Assembly: GCA_041395165.1 (NCBI GenBank)
Contig: JAWLBA010000001.1
Location: forward strand, 328,068-392,067
Direction of reading: 5' to 3'
Origin: Verrucomicrobiia bacterium
Lineage (GTDB): Bacteria > Verrucomicrobiota > Verrucomicrobiia > JADLBR01 > JAIBCM01
DNA: 64,000 bases
Of this stretch, positions 19,011-28,840 are shown one piece after another. The notes beneath the pieces are model-generated. The model saw nothing but the letters and a program-made list of their open reading frames with translations, was not told where the DNA came from and made no database searches. The translations under genes and the position numbers were made by a program. Within the stretch, counting starts at the first letter, position 1; each line of letters begins with the position of its first letter.

Positions 19011-19895
19011 ATGGCAAAAACAATATCTCCTCTTAGGTATCCCGGCGGTAAATCTTGTTTATACGATCTTGTTTCAACCATTCTTCGTAAAAATCGTTTA
19101 GAGAGAGGTCATTATGTTGAACCTTATGCAGGTGGAGCTGGATTAGCATTATCATTACTTTATGAAGGACACGTAAGCGATATACATATTAATGACTTAG
19201 ATATTTCCATATGGTCATTTTGGGAATGTGTATTAAATCGGACAGAAGAACTAGTTGAATTAGTAGAAAAAACACCGATTACAATAAAAGAATGGCACAG
19301 ACAAAAACAAATTCATGCCACACCAAGCAAAAGCAATATTCTTCAATTGGCATTTGCAACGTTTTTTTTAAATAGAACAAACCGTTCTGGAATTATTAAA
19401 GGTGCTGGTGTTATAGGAGGAAAATCACAAACGGGTAATTATAAGCTCGATTGTCGCTTTAATCGCCAAAATCTGGTGCAACGCATTAGACGAATAGCCA
19501 AGTATCGTAATCGAATCCATCTTACCAATCTTGATGCAATCAATTTTATGCAGAAAAAGCAAAAAATTCTTACTGAAAAAACCTTTTTTTGTATTGATCC
19601 TCCTTATTTTAATAAAGGTTCATATTTATATACAAATTACTACAGTCGTGATGAACACAAGGATGTTGCTAAGGCTGTTTTGAATTTGCGACAACCTTGG
19701 ATAGTAACATATGATTATACAAAAGAAATTAAAGCTCTTTATCTACAGCGTCGCCAATTTTTATTTGACATAAATTATTCTATTCAAACAAAACGAGTTG
19801 GAACTGAAATATTGATAGCATCTAAAGGCTTGCTTTTACCTGAAGTAATAAAACATCGAAAGGCAACTCATCCTCCTTTAGTTTTAGCAGCTTGA
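19011..19895 (+). CDS. DNA N6-adenine methyltransferase, Dam/D12 class
   Basis: LRYPGGKS, EPYAGGAG (the SAM-binding motif) and the catalytic DPPY. Confidence 0.85.
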   Translation: MAKTISPLRYPGGKSCLYDLVSTILRKNRLERGHYVEPYAGGAGLALSLLYEGHVSDIHINDLDISIWSFWECVLNRTEELVELVEKTPITIKEWHRQKQIHATPSKSNILQLAFATFFLNRTNRSGIIKGAGVIGGKSQTGNYKLDCRFNRQNLVQRIRRIAKYRNRIHLTNLDAINFMQKKQKILTEKTFFCIDPPYFNKGSYLYTNYYSRDEHKDVAKAVLNLRQPWIVTYDYTKEIKALYLQRRQFLFDINYSIQTKRVGTEILIASKGLLLPEVIKHRKATHPPLVLAA

Positions 19896-20050
19896 ATTAG
19901 CACATTTCTCGCCCATTTACTTGGTTTTTCCCTATTAGTTTTTGCAGCTATTTCAATTATACGTCTTTCCTCATCGGATAAGCGTATAGGAAAAACTTTT
20001 TTTATTTTGGATTTCGGTTTTTTAGGTCTTCCAACTTTTTTCTTAGACAT
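19868..20050 (-). CDS. small basic DNA-binding protein, probably ribbon-helix-helix (MobC/CopG-like)
   Basis: A 60-aa protein with a Lys/Arg-rich N-terminus followed by FPIRLSDEERRIIEIAAKTNREKPSKWARNVLI. It converges on the methyltransferase 3' end and overlaps it by 28 bp. Confidence 0.4.
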   Translation of the reverse strand: MSKKKVGRPKKPKSKIKKVFPIRLSDEERRIIEIAAKTNREKPSKWARNVLIQAAKTKGG

Positions 20051-20100
20051 ATTTTCGTATTACAAAAATTATGTTGACAATATTTAATTTTCGTATTACA
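20051..20100. promoter_or_regulatory. divergent promoter region with two 14-bp direct repeats (candidate operator)
   Basis: ATTTTCGTATTACA occurs at 20051-20064 and at 20087-20100. Between them lies TTGACA (20074-20079). The second repeat overlaps a possible -10 box, TACATT. Confidence 0.4.
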
Positions 20101-20119
20101 TTAATTCATATTTAAGAAT

Positions 20120-20947
20120 ATGGCAAACATTTTACAAAAAGAAAAACGGGTTTTAGCAATTAACGCTTTGGCAGAGGGTAACAGCATCCGATCTATTGAA
20201 CGAATTACAGGCGTTCATCGTGACACAATTATGCGTTTAGGCGTTCGGGTTGGACAAGCTTGTGAAAATTTACTCGATGAAAAAATGCGTAATCTTAATT
20301 CTACGAACGTTCAGGTTGATGAATTGTGGGGATTCATTGGAAAAAAACAAAAAAACGCTTCTCAAGAAGATTATAAAGAAGGATTAGGCGATGTTTGGAC
20401 GTTTGTTGGGATTGATGCGGAAACTAAAATCGTTCCTTGTTACATGGTGGGTAAACGTGATTCTTATCATGCTAAAGCATTTTTATCTGATTTGGCCTCT
20501 CGCCTCACTAATCGCATTCAACTTAGCTCTGATTCATTGCGGGCTTATATTGAAGCCGTGGAAGTGGGTTTCGGCTCAGATGTTGATTATGGACAGATAG
20601 TAAAAACCTACTCAGTCACAGACCTTACAAATCAAGGTAGGTATAGCCCTGCGGAAGTGGTCAAAACCGAGCGTTCTTGTATCGTTGGAAAACCACAATA
20701 TGACAAAATCTCAACATCAATTGTTGAACGTCAAAATCTGACCATGCGAATGCACTGCCGACGCTTAACCCGTTTAACAAATGCTTTCAGTAAAAAGCTA
20801 GAGAATTTTAAAGCGGCGATTGGTCTGCATTTTGCCTATTATAATTTCGTTAAAATTCATGGTTCTTTACGCACTACACCAGCAATGGCAGCAGGCGTCA
20901 CTGATCGTTTATGGACTGTTGAGGATTTAATTGGTATGAGTGAATAG
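20120..20947 (+). CDS. IS1-family transposase (single-ORF type)
   Basis: An N-terminal HTH (GNSIRSIERITGVHRDTIMR), then DELWGFIGKK and WTFVGIDAETK, then ERQNLTMRMHCRRLTRLTNAFSKK...HFAYYNFVKIH. This is typical of IS1-like DDE transposases. Confidence 0.75.
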   Translation: MANILQKEKRVLAINALAEGNSIRSIERITGVHRDTIMRLGVRVGQACENLLDEKMRNLNSTNVQVDELWGFIGKKQKNASQEDYKEGLGDVWTFVGIDAETKIVPCYMVGKRDSYHAKAFLSDLASRLTNRIQLSSDSLRAYIEAVEVGFGSDVDYGQIVKTYSVTDLTNQGRYSPAEVVKTERSCIVGKPQYDKISTSIVERQNLTMRMHCRRLTRLTNAFSKKLENFKAAIGLHFAYYNFVKIHGSLRTTPAMAAGVTDRLWTVEDLIGMSE

Positions 20948-21227
20948 AATGCAGCCACAAGAAATTGAAAAAGCCATAGCCTCTAAAGAAGGCTGTGTTT
21001 GCTCGTTTTCTCATGCCGTAAATGTCACTGAAAAATTTAAAGGTCAAACGGTATGGGATGGTAGTGTCTTAGTTTATAATTTGTCCGGCCATAAGGCTAA
21101 ACATTGCTACGCTTGGGTTGATCCGTCCAATAACCAACTTGTAACCGTGCTTGAATTTTATCCTGTACAATCACCCGAAACGGCAGTCAGGGCTTATATT
21201 GCTTCTCGTGCTAAACCTAAACTTTAA
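20940..21227 (+). CDS. hypothetical protein (transposon passenger)
   Basis: A 95-aa ORF whose start overlaps the transposase stop. No recognisable motif. Confidence 0.35.
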   Translation: MNRMQPQEIEKAIASKEGCVCSFSHAVNVTEKFKGQTVWDGSVLVYNLSGHKAKHCYAWVDPSNNQLVTVLEFYPVQSPETAVRAYIASRAKPKL

Positions 21228-21236
21228 AATTCGTGA

Positions 21237-21884
21237 TCAAATTAGGACACTACCCAAACGATAAAGCGCTTCAAAAAGATCGGGTCGTTGCGAGAAAAAA
21301 ATGGGGTCTTTATCTTTTTGACAAAGCGCAAACCCTGTTCCGAAAAGAGGTCCATTAACCACGCAAGCATCTGTAGAAGCAGTAAGAATTTGCTCGCGGC
21401 CTTTGGCTAGAGCTGATTCTTGATCGCCTTCCACTTCGTATTTCCAACCGACTAGCAAAGCTTTAGGAAACCATTCGCGCAACGAGCGAATAATTTTTGT
21501 CGTTGGTTTAAGGTGCATAATAATTTCACCTTCGGATGTGGTAATTTTTTTGGTTGCAATGGATTGACCTGCAGAAGAGTAAACGCCAACGACTTGGTAA
21601 TCACTCACTCCAGCTGCATGAAAGACTGCGTTGATTTCGTTGTCTTTAGCAATTCTTTGGAGTTGATGAGCCAGATTGTCTGAGGTGGAGAAAGAAATGA
21701 GTTGAGTGGCAGCATTGTTCCCGAAATAAGTGCTACCCAAACCTTTTAAACAAATGACATCATCTCCTTTTGCTCGTAAAAAATTGGTCAGTTCAGTGCC
21801 GAGTTGTGAAGTAGAAAAATTCGTGATTAACCGCACTTCATCAATAGGCTCATAACTTGGGCCGCAGGTAACAATAAATTTCAT
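21237..21884 (-). CDS. phosphopantothenate-cysteine ligase-like protein (stand-alone CoaB domain); its C-terminus is rewritten by the transposon end
   Basis: IVTCGPSYEPIDEVRLITNFSTSQLG and HAAGVSDY resemble the CoaB domain. The last codons (GSVLI, then stop) lie inside the right inverted repeat. Confidence 0.55.
   Translation of the reverse strand: MKFIVTCGPSYEPIDEVRLITNFSTSQLGTELTNFLRAKGDDVICLKGLGSTYFGNNAATQLISFSTSDNLAHQLQRIAKDNEINAVFHAAGVSDYQVVGVYSSAGQSIATKKITTSEGEIIMHLKPTTKIIRSLREWFPKALLVGWKYEVEGDQESALAKGREQILTASTDACVVNGPLFGTGFALCQKDKDPIFFSQRPDLFEALYRLGSVLI
21238..21254. repeat. right terminal inverted repeat
   Basis: CAAATTAGGACACTACC is the exact reverse complement of the left repeat. 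Confidence 0.8.
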
Positions 21885-21958
21885 GGGAGTTAATTTTGCT
21901 AAAATTAAAAAGTGTCATTGCACATGAGAAAAAATAAGGTAATTTCCGACTTTGTCAT

Positions 21959-23005
21959 ATGGCTTTGGAAGAAATCATTCAAGCAAAACTTAAACAGGTG
22001 AAATATCCGGGTTTTAGCCGGGATATTGTTTCTTTTGGGTTAGTTCAATCGGTTCAAATTGAAAAAGGGGTGGCTGTCATTACTTTATCCCTCTCAACGA
22101 ACGAAGAAGCGGTAGTGGACAAGTTGCGAAACGACATTCAGGTTGCTTTAGAAGATATTCAAGAGATTGAACGTTTTGATATTCATATTCTTCGTCAGGC
22201 AGTTGCGACTCCAGCAAAAACATCGCCGAGCGATTCTCAATTTTCCATTCCTGGCGTGAAACATATTATTGCCGTTGCCAGCGGTAAAGGTGGGGTGGGT
22301 AAATCCACAGTTGCTGCCAACTTAGCATGCGCCTTTGAACAAATGAATTTGAAAACGGGCCTTTGCGATTGCGATATGTATGGTCCGAGCATGGCATTGA
22401 TGTTTGGCACGACAGAAAATCCGCAAGCAACTGAAGATGAAAAAATCGTTCCCATTGAGCGTTACGGGCTAAAATTAATGAGCATGGGTTTTTTGGTCGA
22501 TGCTGCTGCCCCGGCAGTTTTACGCGGCCCTATGGTAACACGTTTTACTCAACAATTTTTACGTGGCGTTGTCTGGGGTGATTTGGATGTTTTGATTTTG
22601 GATTTGCCACCAGGCACAGGCGATATTCAACTGACGGTTGTGCAAAATGTAGTGTTAACAGGCGCTGTCATTGTCACCACACCACAAGAAGTAGCACTCA
22701 TTGATGCGCGAAAAGCGGTTGGCATGTTTGGCAAAGTGAATGTCAAAATCCTCGGCTTGATCGAAAACATGAGTTATTTTTTGTGTCCCAGCGATGGCAA
22801 GCGTTACGATATTTTTGGGAGTGGAGGAGGTAAGGCGGAAGCAGAAAAATTGGAGGTTCCCTTGCTGGCGCAGATTCCTATTGATATGGCAACGCGAGAA
22901 GCGGGCGATCAAGGAAAACCTGTCGTTTTACGCTATCCGGATATGCCAGTTAGCCGGGCATTTCGAGAGGCGGCTGAGAAGATTTGGACAGACTTTAAAA
23001 ATTAG
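21959..23005 (+). CDS. Mrp/ApbC/NBP35-family Fe-S cluster carrier ATPase
   Basis: An N-terminal DUF59-like region and the deviant Walker A motif VASGKGGVGKSTVAANLA. The CPxxG-type motif reads FLCPSDGK. Confidence 0.9.
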   Translation: MALEEIIQAKLKQVKYPGFSRDIVSFGLVQSVQIEKGVAVITLSLSTNEEAVVDKLRNDIQVALEDIQEIERFDIHILRQAVATPAKTSPSDSQFSIPGVKHIIAVASGKGGVGKSTVAANLACAFEQMNLKTGLCDCDMYGPSMALMFGTTENPQATEDEKIVPIERYGLKLMSMGFLVDAAAPAVLRGPMVTRFTQQFLRGVVWGDLDVLILDLPPGTGDIQLTVVQNVVLTGAVIVTTPQEVALIDARKAVGMFGKVNVKILGLIENMSYFLCPSDGKRYDIFGSGGGKAEAEKLEVPLLAQIPIDMATREAGDQGKPVVLRYPDMPVSRAFREAAEKIWTDFKN

Positions 23006-23131
23006 GTTTGAGTTGTTTGTTTCTTGTGAAGCACTCGAACGCTTATTGAAAACTGTGTCTGATCGCGAACTGATAGAAAATTTAGTAATCATTGATGCTC
23101 AAAAAATACGGATAAGGAAAAAGGCTTAATT

Positions 23132-24505
23132 TTATACAAACTTGCCTGGGTTTAATAAATCATAAGGATCCAATACTTTTTTAATTTTAGCATGGAGTGC
23201 GCGCAATTCACGAGAGGCTGCTTTGGGCCACCACCGTTTTTTGGCAAGGCCGATGCCGTGTTCACCTGTGATAACGCCATCCCACGCGAGAACTTGATGG
23301 AACAGTTCATCCAGTGCTTGATTCATTTTTTTAGAAATACCACGGGTTGATAAATCAACCATGAGATTAACATGAATATTGCCATCACCAGCGTGACCAA
23401 AACAGGCGACTGGGATTTGGTAGCGACGATGCAATTTCTCGGCAAAAGCAAATAAATCGATCAAACGACTTCGTGGAATGGCAATATCTTCGTTTAGTTT
23501 GGTGAGACCGGTCGCTTTGAGTGACTGTGAAAATTGTCGACGCAATTCCCAAAGTTTTTCGCATTCTTGTTCGGTTTCTGCCGTAATAATCTGTAGTGCT
23601 TGGCATTGTTTTACTATTTGTGTTAATCGTTTTAAATCATTTTGCACACTGGCTCGATTGCCGTCCACTTCGATGAGAAGATGTGCTTTGCCAGGAGGAA
23701 TGAGTTTATTTTTTCCTAAATGGCTGCGTGCAGCTTCCAAAGTAAAACGATCAGCAATTTCCAATGCGGAAGGTAAAATGCCTTTTTGCAAAATCGTTTG
23801 CACAGCTTTGGCGGCATGTTGTGCCGTGGTAAAGCTTGCGGAAAGTGCGCCGCGATGCGTGGGGAGTGGCAAGAGTCGGACAGTTATTTCCGAAACAATT
23901 CCTAACATTCCTTCACTTCCCACAAAAAGGCCAACGAGGTCGAAGCCGCTTTTATTTTTCATTGTGCGACTGCCCACTTTTACAACCGAACCATCAGCTA
24001 AAACGATGGTTAGGCCTAATATGTAATGTCGAGTGACACCATATTTTAAACAGCGCGGACCACCCGCATTGGTTGCGAGATTTCCGCCCAGGGTGCATTC
24101 TTTTAAACTGGCGGGGTCGGGTGGATAAAAGAGACCTTTCTTTTTTGCGGCTTCTTGCAAATCGCCCGTAATGACGCCCGGTTCTACCACAGCAATGCCA
24201 TCTTCAACGTGTAGTTCTTTAATGCGGTTCATGCGCGCTAAGGAAAGCACGATGCCGCCTCGTTGAGGCACGCAACCGCCCACATAACCGCGTCCCGCGC
24301 CACGTGCGGTGACAGGAATTTTGTGTCGGTTCGCAAATTGTAATGTTTTACTAATGGTGGCTGTGGAATCGGCAAATACGACGGCCTCGGGTCGATGTGA
24401 AGCGAACCAGGCGTCTTTTGCGTGAATTTCAAGAATTTTCGGATCAATCGAAACGCGCGATTTTCCCAATTTTTGAATTAATATTTTCAACCACGTCGCC
24501 ATCAT
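23132..24505 (-). CDS. FAD-linked oxidase (GlcD / D-lactate dehydrogenase family)
   Basis: An FAD_binding_4-type N-terminal half (VTARGAGRGYVGG) and a C-terminal GEHGIGLAKK motif. Confidence 0.8.
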   Translation of the reverse strand: MMATWLKILIQKLGKSRVSIDPKILEIHAKDAWFASHRPEAVVFADSTATISKTLQFANRHKIPVTARGAGRGYVGGCVPQRGGIVLSLARMNRIKELHVEDGIAVVEPGVITGDLQEAAKKKGLFYPPDPASLKECTLGGNLATNAGGPRCLKYGVTRHYILGLTIVLADGSVVKVGSRTMKNKSGFDLVGLFVGSEGMLGIVSEITVRLLPLPTHRGALSASFTTAQHAAKAVQTILQKGILPSALEIADRFTLEAARSHLGKNKLIPPGKAHLLIEVDGNRASVQNDLKRLTQIVKQCQALQIITAETEQECEKLWELRRQFSQSLKATGLTKLNEDIAIPRSRLIDLFAFAEKLHRRYQIPVACFGHAGDGNIHVNLMVDLSTRGISKKMNQALDELFHQVLAWDGVITGEHGIGLAKKRWWPKAASRELRALHAKIKKVLDPYDLLNPGKFV

Positions 24506-24527
24506 GGACCTAGCGTAAGCGGTTTTA

Positions 24528-25751
24528 TTATTTTGCGCGATGAATTTGAGAAGCCACTTTTAAACGCAATCCATTTAATCGAATGAAGCCGGTGGCGTCA
24601 TCTTGATTGTAAGCTTGTGTGGGATCTTCTTCCATCGTGGCAATATGCGGATTATAAAGCGAAAAAGGCGATTTGCGTCCGGCGGTGATTAAGTTTCCTT
24701 TATAAAGTTTGAGGCGCACGGTGCCGGTCACATTTTTTTGAGATTCGGTGACGGCCGCTTGTAAAAAGTTTCGTTCTGGGGAAAACCAGAAACCGTAATA
24801 AACCAGTTCACTATATTTAGGAATCAAGCTATCGCGCAAATGCATGACTTCGCGATCCATGGTTAATGTTTCGAGTTGTCGATGCGCAAAATGGAGAATA
24901 GCGCCGCCTGGAGTTTCATAAATGCCGCGCGATTTCATGCCGACAAATCGATTTTCGACTAGATCAACGCGACCGATGCCATGTTTGCCGCCGAGTTGGT
25001 TCAGAGTTTTCATAACCTGGAGGGGTGATAATTTTTTTCCATTTACGGCAATGCAATTGCCTCGCTCGAATTCCAACTCAACATATTCCGGTTGATCAGG
25101 CGCTTCTTCGGGTGAAACGGAAAGTTTATACATGGCGCGATGGTCGGGTGTGGAGGCGTCGAGCCATGGATCCTCTAAGATTCCGGCTTCATAAGAGATA
25201 TGAAGCAGGTTACGATCCATGGAGTAAGGTTTTTTAGCGCTGGCCTCTACGTTAATTTTATGTTTTGCCGCATAAGCAATCATTTCGGTTCGACCTGGAA
25301 AAGTTTCACGAAAAGTTTGATCGCGCCAAGGAGCGATAACTTCAAGTTCAGGCGCTAGTGCTGCTACAGTTAATTCAAAGCGGACTTGATCGTTGCCCTT
25401 GCCTGTAGCGCCGTGAGCAATGTGGCTGGCGCCTTCTTTTCTGGCAATTTCGATCATTTTTTTTGCAATGAGCGGTCGTGCAATGCTGGTGCCTAAGAAA
25501 TATTGATTCTCATAAATCGCGCTAGCTTGAAGCATGGGAAAAATAAAATCTTGCGCGAACTCTTCTTGTAAATCGCTGATATAACATTTTGAGGCGCCGG
25601 TTTGAAGGGCTTTTGCTTCCAGGCCGTCGAGTTCTTCTTCTTGTCCAATATTGGCACAAAAGGCGATGATTTCGGCGTGATATTTTTCTTTGAGCCAGGT
25701 TAAAATGACCGAGGTGTCAAGCCCCCCGGAATAAGCTAAAACAATTTTCAT
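24528..25751 (-). CDS. argG: argininosuccinate synthase
   Basis: [22 protein letters not shown] and full-length similarity to the ArgG pattern. Confidence 0.95.
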   Translation of the reverse strand: MKIVLAYSGGLDTSVILTWLKEKYHAEIIAFCANIGQEEELDGLEAKALQTGASKCYISDLQEEFAQDFIFPMLQASAIYENQYFLGTSIARPLIAKKMIEIARKEGASHIAHGATGKGNDQVRFELTVAALAPELEVIAPWRDQTFRETFPGRTEMIAYAAKHKINVEASAKKPYSMDRNLLHISYEAGILEDPWLDASTPDHRAMYKLSVSPEEAPDQPEYVELEFERGNCIAVNGKKLSPLQVMKTLNQLGGKHGIGRVDLVENRFVGMKSRGIYETPGGAILHFAHRQLETLTMDREVMHLRDSLIPKYSELVYYGFWFSPERNFLQAAVTESQKNVTGTVRLKLYKGNLITAGRKSPFSLYNPHIATMEEDPTQAYNQDDATGFIRLNGLRLKVASQIHRAK

Positions 25752-25755
25752 GAAT

Positions 25756-27243
25756 TTAAGTAGTCGATTCGCGATTCGAAAAGGTCAAAAATTGGAAGTG
25801 GCGATGTTGGAAAAGGGAAAGTAAAGCCACGTACAGAAAACCAAAAAAGAAAAGTGAAGGCATGCAAGCACCCAAGTAAGCACCATTCTTTATCGCGCGC
25901 ACGATAAATTGACCAAAATATAGCGCCATCAAAATTTCGACTAAGGGTAAGAAGTTTTTGAAAGCGAGATATTTTTTCTTTTGCCATTGTTCTCTAGGTT
26001 TTTGGATGCCGTATTTAGGAGTGCGCGCAAAACCGGTTTGATAATTGAAAATGGCTTCCAAAACGGCCTTAGCGTTATTCACGGACATGCCGATACCAGT
26101 AGCGATGAGAAAAGGGACGCACCACAACTCGCGCCACCAATCTTTATGAAGTTCTTTGAGAGCGCAAAGATAAAAGATAATAACGGAAAGCGAAGCAAAA
26201 GAGAAAATGGGGATATGCATATAAAGCATTTCGCTCCAGTTCAAAGCTTTGGTGGGAGCGAGTGAAGGGTTAATGAGAAGACACATAGCAAAAAGTAACA
26301 GGTAAGCGAAATTACTGGTTAAGTGAAGGGTGGCTTCGAGTTTGATGCGAAAAGGGAAGTTGCCGCGCCAAATTTTGGGTAAAAGTTTTTTGCAGGTTTG
26401 CACGCTGCCTTTGGCCCAGCGATGTTGCTGGCTTTTGAAAGCGTTCATTTCTACTGGCAACTCAGCGGGAGTGATGAGGTGGGGAAGAAAAATGAATTTC
26501 CATCCTTTCATTTGCGCGCGATAACTCAAATCTAAATCTTCAGTAAGCGTGTCGTGCTGCCAACCGCCGGCGGCTTCAATGCAGCTTTTGCGCCAGATGC
26601 CAGCGGTTCCGTTAAAATTAAAAAAGCGTCCGGACATGTTGCGGGCGGTTTGTTCGATGAGTAAATGACCATCGAGAAACAGGGCTTGGATACGCGTGAG
26701 TAAGGAATAATGGCGATTGAGATGTCCCCAACGCGTTTGGATCATGCCAATGTTAGGATTAGTAAAGAAGTGGATGGTTTCCTGAAGCAGGTTGGGAGTC
26801 GGCATGAAATCAGCATCAAAAATGGCGAGAAATTCGCCACGCGCTTGTTGTAAACCCAGAGCGAGAGCGCCTGCCTTGAACCCTTTGCGATTGGTTCGGA
26901 CGATATGTTTGATGTCAAACCCTTCTGCTTGAATTAATTTAATCTGTTCAGCAGCAATATCCCGACTTTCGACGGTGGAATCGTCTAAAACCTGAATTTC
27001 GAGTTTTTCCTTGGGATAATTAAGTTTAGCAACAGATTGAATGAGTCGTTCCACCACATACATTTCATTGTAAACGGGAATTTGAACAGTTACGATAGGT
27101 AGGTCGTCGAAATGAGACAGGGGGTTTTGGGCTTTATGACGATTTTTATAATATAAAAAAAGCATGAAATAGCGGTGAAGCCCAAAAAGTGCTAGGCCAA
27201 CGGTAACAATTAAATAGCTGACGAGCCAGAAAAGATCGATCAT
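25756..27243 (-). CDS. processive family-2 beta-glycosyltransferase (cellulose-synthase / CslA-like)
   Basis: An N-terminal TM segment, [17 protein letters not shown] and QQHRWAKG (the QxxRW motif), followed by multiple C-terminal TM helices. Confidence 0.8.
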   Translation of the reverse strand: MIDLFWLVSYLIVTVGLALFGLHRYFMLFLYYKNRHKAQNPLSHFDDLPIVTVQIPVYNEMYVVERLIQSVAKLNYPKEKLEIQVLDDSTVESRDIAAEQIKLIQAEGFDIKHIVRTNRKGFKAGALALGLQQARGEFLAIFDADFMPTPNLLQETIHFFTNPNIGMIQTRWGHLNRHYSLLTRIQALFLDGHLLIEQTARNMSGRFFNFNGTAGIWRKSCIEAAGGWQHDTLTEDLDLSYRAQMKGWKFIFLPHLITPAELPVEMNAFKSQQHRWAKGSVQTCKKLLPKIWRGNFPFRIKLEATLHLTSNFAYLLLFAMCLLINPSLAPTKALNWSEMLYMHIPIFSFASLSVIIFYLCALKELHKDWWRELWCVPFLIATGIGMSVNNAKAVLEAIFNYQTGFARTPKYGIQKPREQWQKKKYLAFKNFLPLVEILMALYFGQFIVRAIKNGAYLGACMPSLFFFGFLYVALLSLFQHRHFQFLTFSNRESTT

Positions 27244-27267
27244 ACTTAAAATGAATTTTTAAAAAAG

Positions 27268-27795
27268 TTGATGTTGCGAGTTAAGTTAAAATGGTCAAGA
27301 GTAAAACCAATGCAAGCGAGAAACCTAAAATTAGTGCCTTTTGAAGAAATTGAGTTATTCAGAAACCAGTGCCGAGCGAAAAAGCAGCGGGTTGTCATGA
27401 CCAATGGCTGTTTTGATTTGCTGCATGTTGGTCATGTTCGTTACTTGCAGCAAGCCAAGGCCTTAGGTGATATATTGTGGATAGGTCTCAATAGCGACAG
27501 TTCCGTCAAAGCCTTGAAAGGCGAAAAAAGACCCCTTAACAGTCAGGAAGATCGCGCGGAAGTTTTATCGGCTTTGGCGTGTGTTGATGGGGTGACTATT
27601 TTTGAAGAAGTGCGCTGCGATCGACTTATTCGAGCGATTGCGCCTGATATTTATGCTAAGGGCGGCGACTACAAGCCGGACACCCTCGATCCGGAAGAAT
27701 TGAAAGCGTTGCAGCAAGTTGGAGCGGAAATTAAGATTTTACCCTTAGTGCCCGGGCGTTCTACGACAACACTCATTCAGCAAATGGGCGCATGA
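27268..27795 (+). CDS. cytidylyltransferase-fold adenylyltransferase (RfaE domain II-like, D-beta-D-heptose-1-phosphate adenylyltransferase)
   Basis: TNGCFDLLHVGHVRYL. The likely true start is the Met at 27310. Confidence 0.7.
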   Translation: MMLRVKLKWSRVKPMQARNLKLVPFEEIELFRNQCRAKKQRVVMTNGCFDLLHVGHVRYLQQAKALGDILWIGLNSDSSVKALKGEKRPLNSQEDRAEVLSALACVDGVTIFEEVRCDRLIRAIAPDIYAKGGDYKPDTLDPEELKALQQVGAEIKILPLVPGRSTTTLIQQMGA

Positions 27796-28364
27796 GGCGA
27801 CCTTTTTTAGGAATTTTGGGTTCAGGCAAGGGATCGAATTTTGAAGCGATTTATCACGCCATTCAACAAAACCAATTAAAAGCGGAAATTAAACTTGTCA
27901 TTAGCGACATCGCAGAAGCGGGCGTTTTGCAAAAAGCGAAGCAGTTTCAAGTGCCCCATTTTTTTATTAATCGCGAAAAGTTTGAGACCGAGACGATTGC
28001 TTTGCTGAAACAGCATCAAGTGGATCTGGTAATTTTGGCCGGTTTTATGCGAATTTTAAGCGCTGATTTTGTGAATACATTTCCTAATCACATTTTAAAC
28101 ATTCATCCTTCTTTATTGCCTAAATTTCGGGGTAAAAAAGCTTGGGAGCAAGCCTGGCAAAGTGGCGAGAAAGAAACCGGTTGCACCGTGCATATTGTCA
28201 CAAAAGAACTCGATAGCGGCACAATTTTAGCTCAAAGACGCGTGACCATTTTACCTCAAGATAGTGTGGAAACTTTATACGAACGCATTCGACAACAGGA
28301 GCATCAACTTTATCCAGTGGCTATACAGACTTATTGGGAGCAAATCAATTGCTTGCGCCGGTAA
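27792..28364 (+). CDS. purN: phosphoribosylglycinamide formyltransferase
   Basis: SGKGSNFEAI, LAGFMRIL and NIHPSLLP. Its start overlaps the upstream stop by 4 nt. Confidence 0.9.
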   Translation: MRRPFLGILGSGKGSNFEAIYHAIQQNQLKAEIKLVISDIAEAGVLQKAKQFQVPHFFINREKFETETIALLKQHQVDLVILAGFMRILSADFVNTFPNHILNIHPSLLPKFRGKKAWEQAWQSGEKETGCTVHIVTKELDSGTILAQRRVTILPQDSVETLYERIRQQEHQLYPVAIQTYWEQINCLRR

Positions 28365-28438
28365 ATTATTCAAACTCATAAAATATTAAACCTTTTTAAG
28401 CATTATTGTTTGACGGGTTTATGTGGGAAAGTTAATTT

Positions 28439-28696
28439 TTGCGAATTATGAACCTAAACGACGCAATTACCCGAAAAAAGTTCATAGGATTAACAAGTTT
28501 AGCGTTATTAGGAGTAAGCGCGAGTAGTGTTAAGTTTTTGAATCGCGGCAAAATTTGTATCAAGCCAATACCCGGAAAAAAATATAGCCCTTCTTTTTTG
28601 AAATTATGTGAAAGAGCGCGATTTCACACAGTTCAGGAAGCTATTAAAAGTGTGAGAGATCAAGTGACCGAATTTGAAGTGGTATCGGAGGCATGA
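28439..28696 (+). CDS. hypothetical small protein with an N-terminal hydrophobic segment
   Basis: Support is the ORF alone. TRKKFIGLTSLALLGVSASS looks signal-like, but it is not a true twin-arginine motif. Confidence 0.3.
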   Translation: MRIMNLNDAITRKKFIGLTSLALLGVSASSVKFLNRGKICIKPIPGKKYSPSFLKLCERARFHTVQEAIKSVRDQVTEFEVVSEA

Positions 28697-28800
28697 CTGG
28701 GTAAAAAGTCATGAAACTATTTTCGAGTGAACTCAAAACAAATAATAATCACGAACGAACCCGAAAGGGTTCATTCGTAGTTTTGCTCACTCTGCAACAT

Positions 28801-28840
28801 GGGCTGGTGTCTGATAAGCAAGACACCAGCCCTTTTTATT
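28801..28840 (+). terminator. rho-independent terminator
   Basis: A perfect 11-bp stem, GGGCTGGTGTC, a 10-nt loop, GACACCAGCCC, then TTTTTATTT. Confidence 0.7.

Larger units (their letters stand above)
17549..21254. mobile_element. IS1-family cargo transposon (transposase plus four passenger ORFs)
   Basis: Perfect 17-bp terminal inverted repeats GGTAGTGTCCTAATTTG at 17549-17565 and, as reverse complement, 21238-21254. They are flanked by the identical 8-bp direct repeat CAAACGAT at 17541-17548 and 21255-21262. The interior is visibly more AT-rich than its flanks and contains an IS1-like DDE transposase. Confidence 0.8.
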
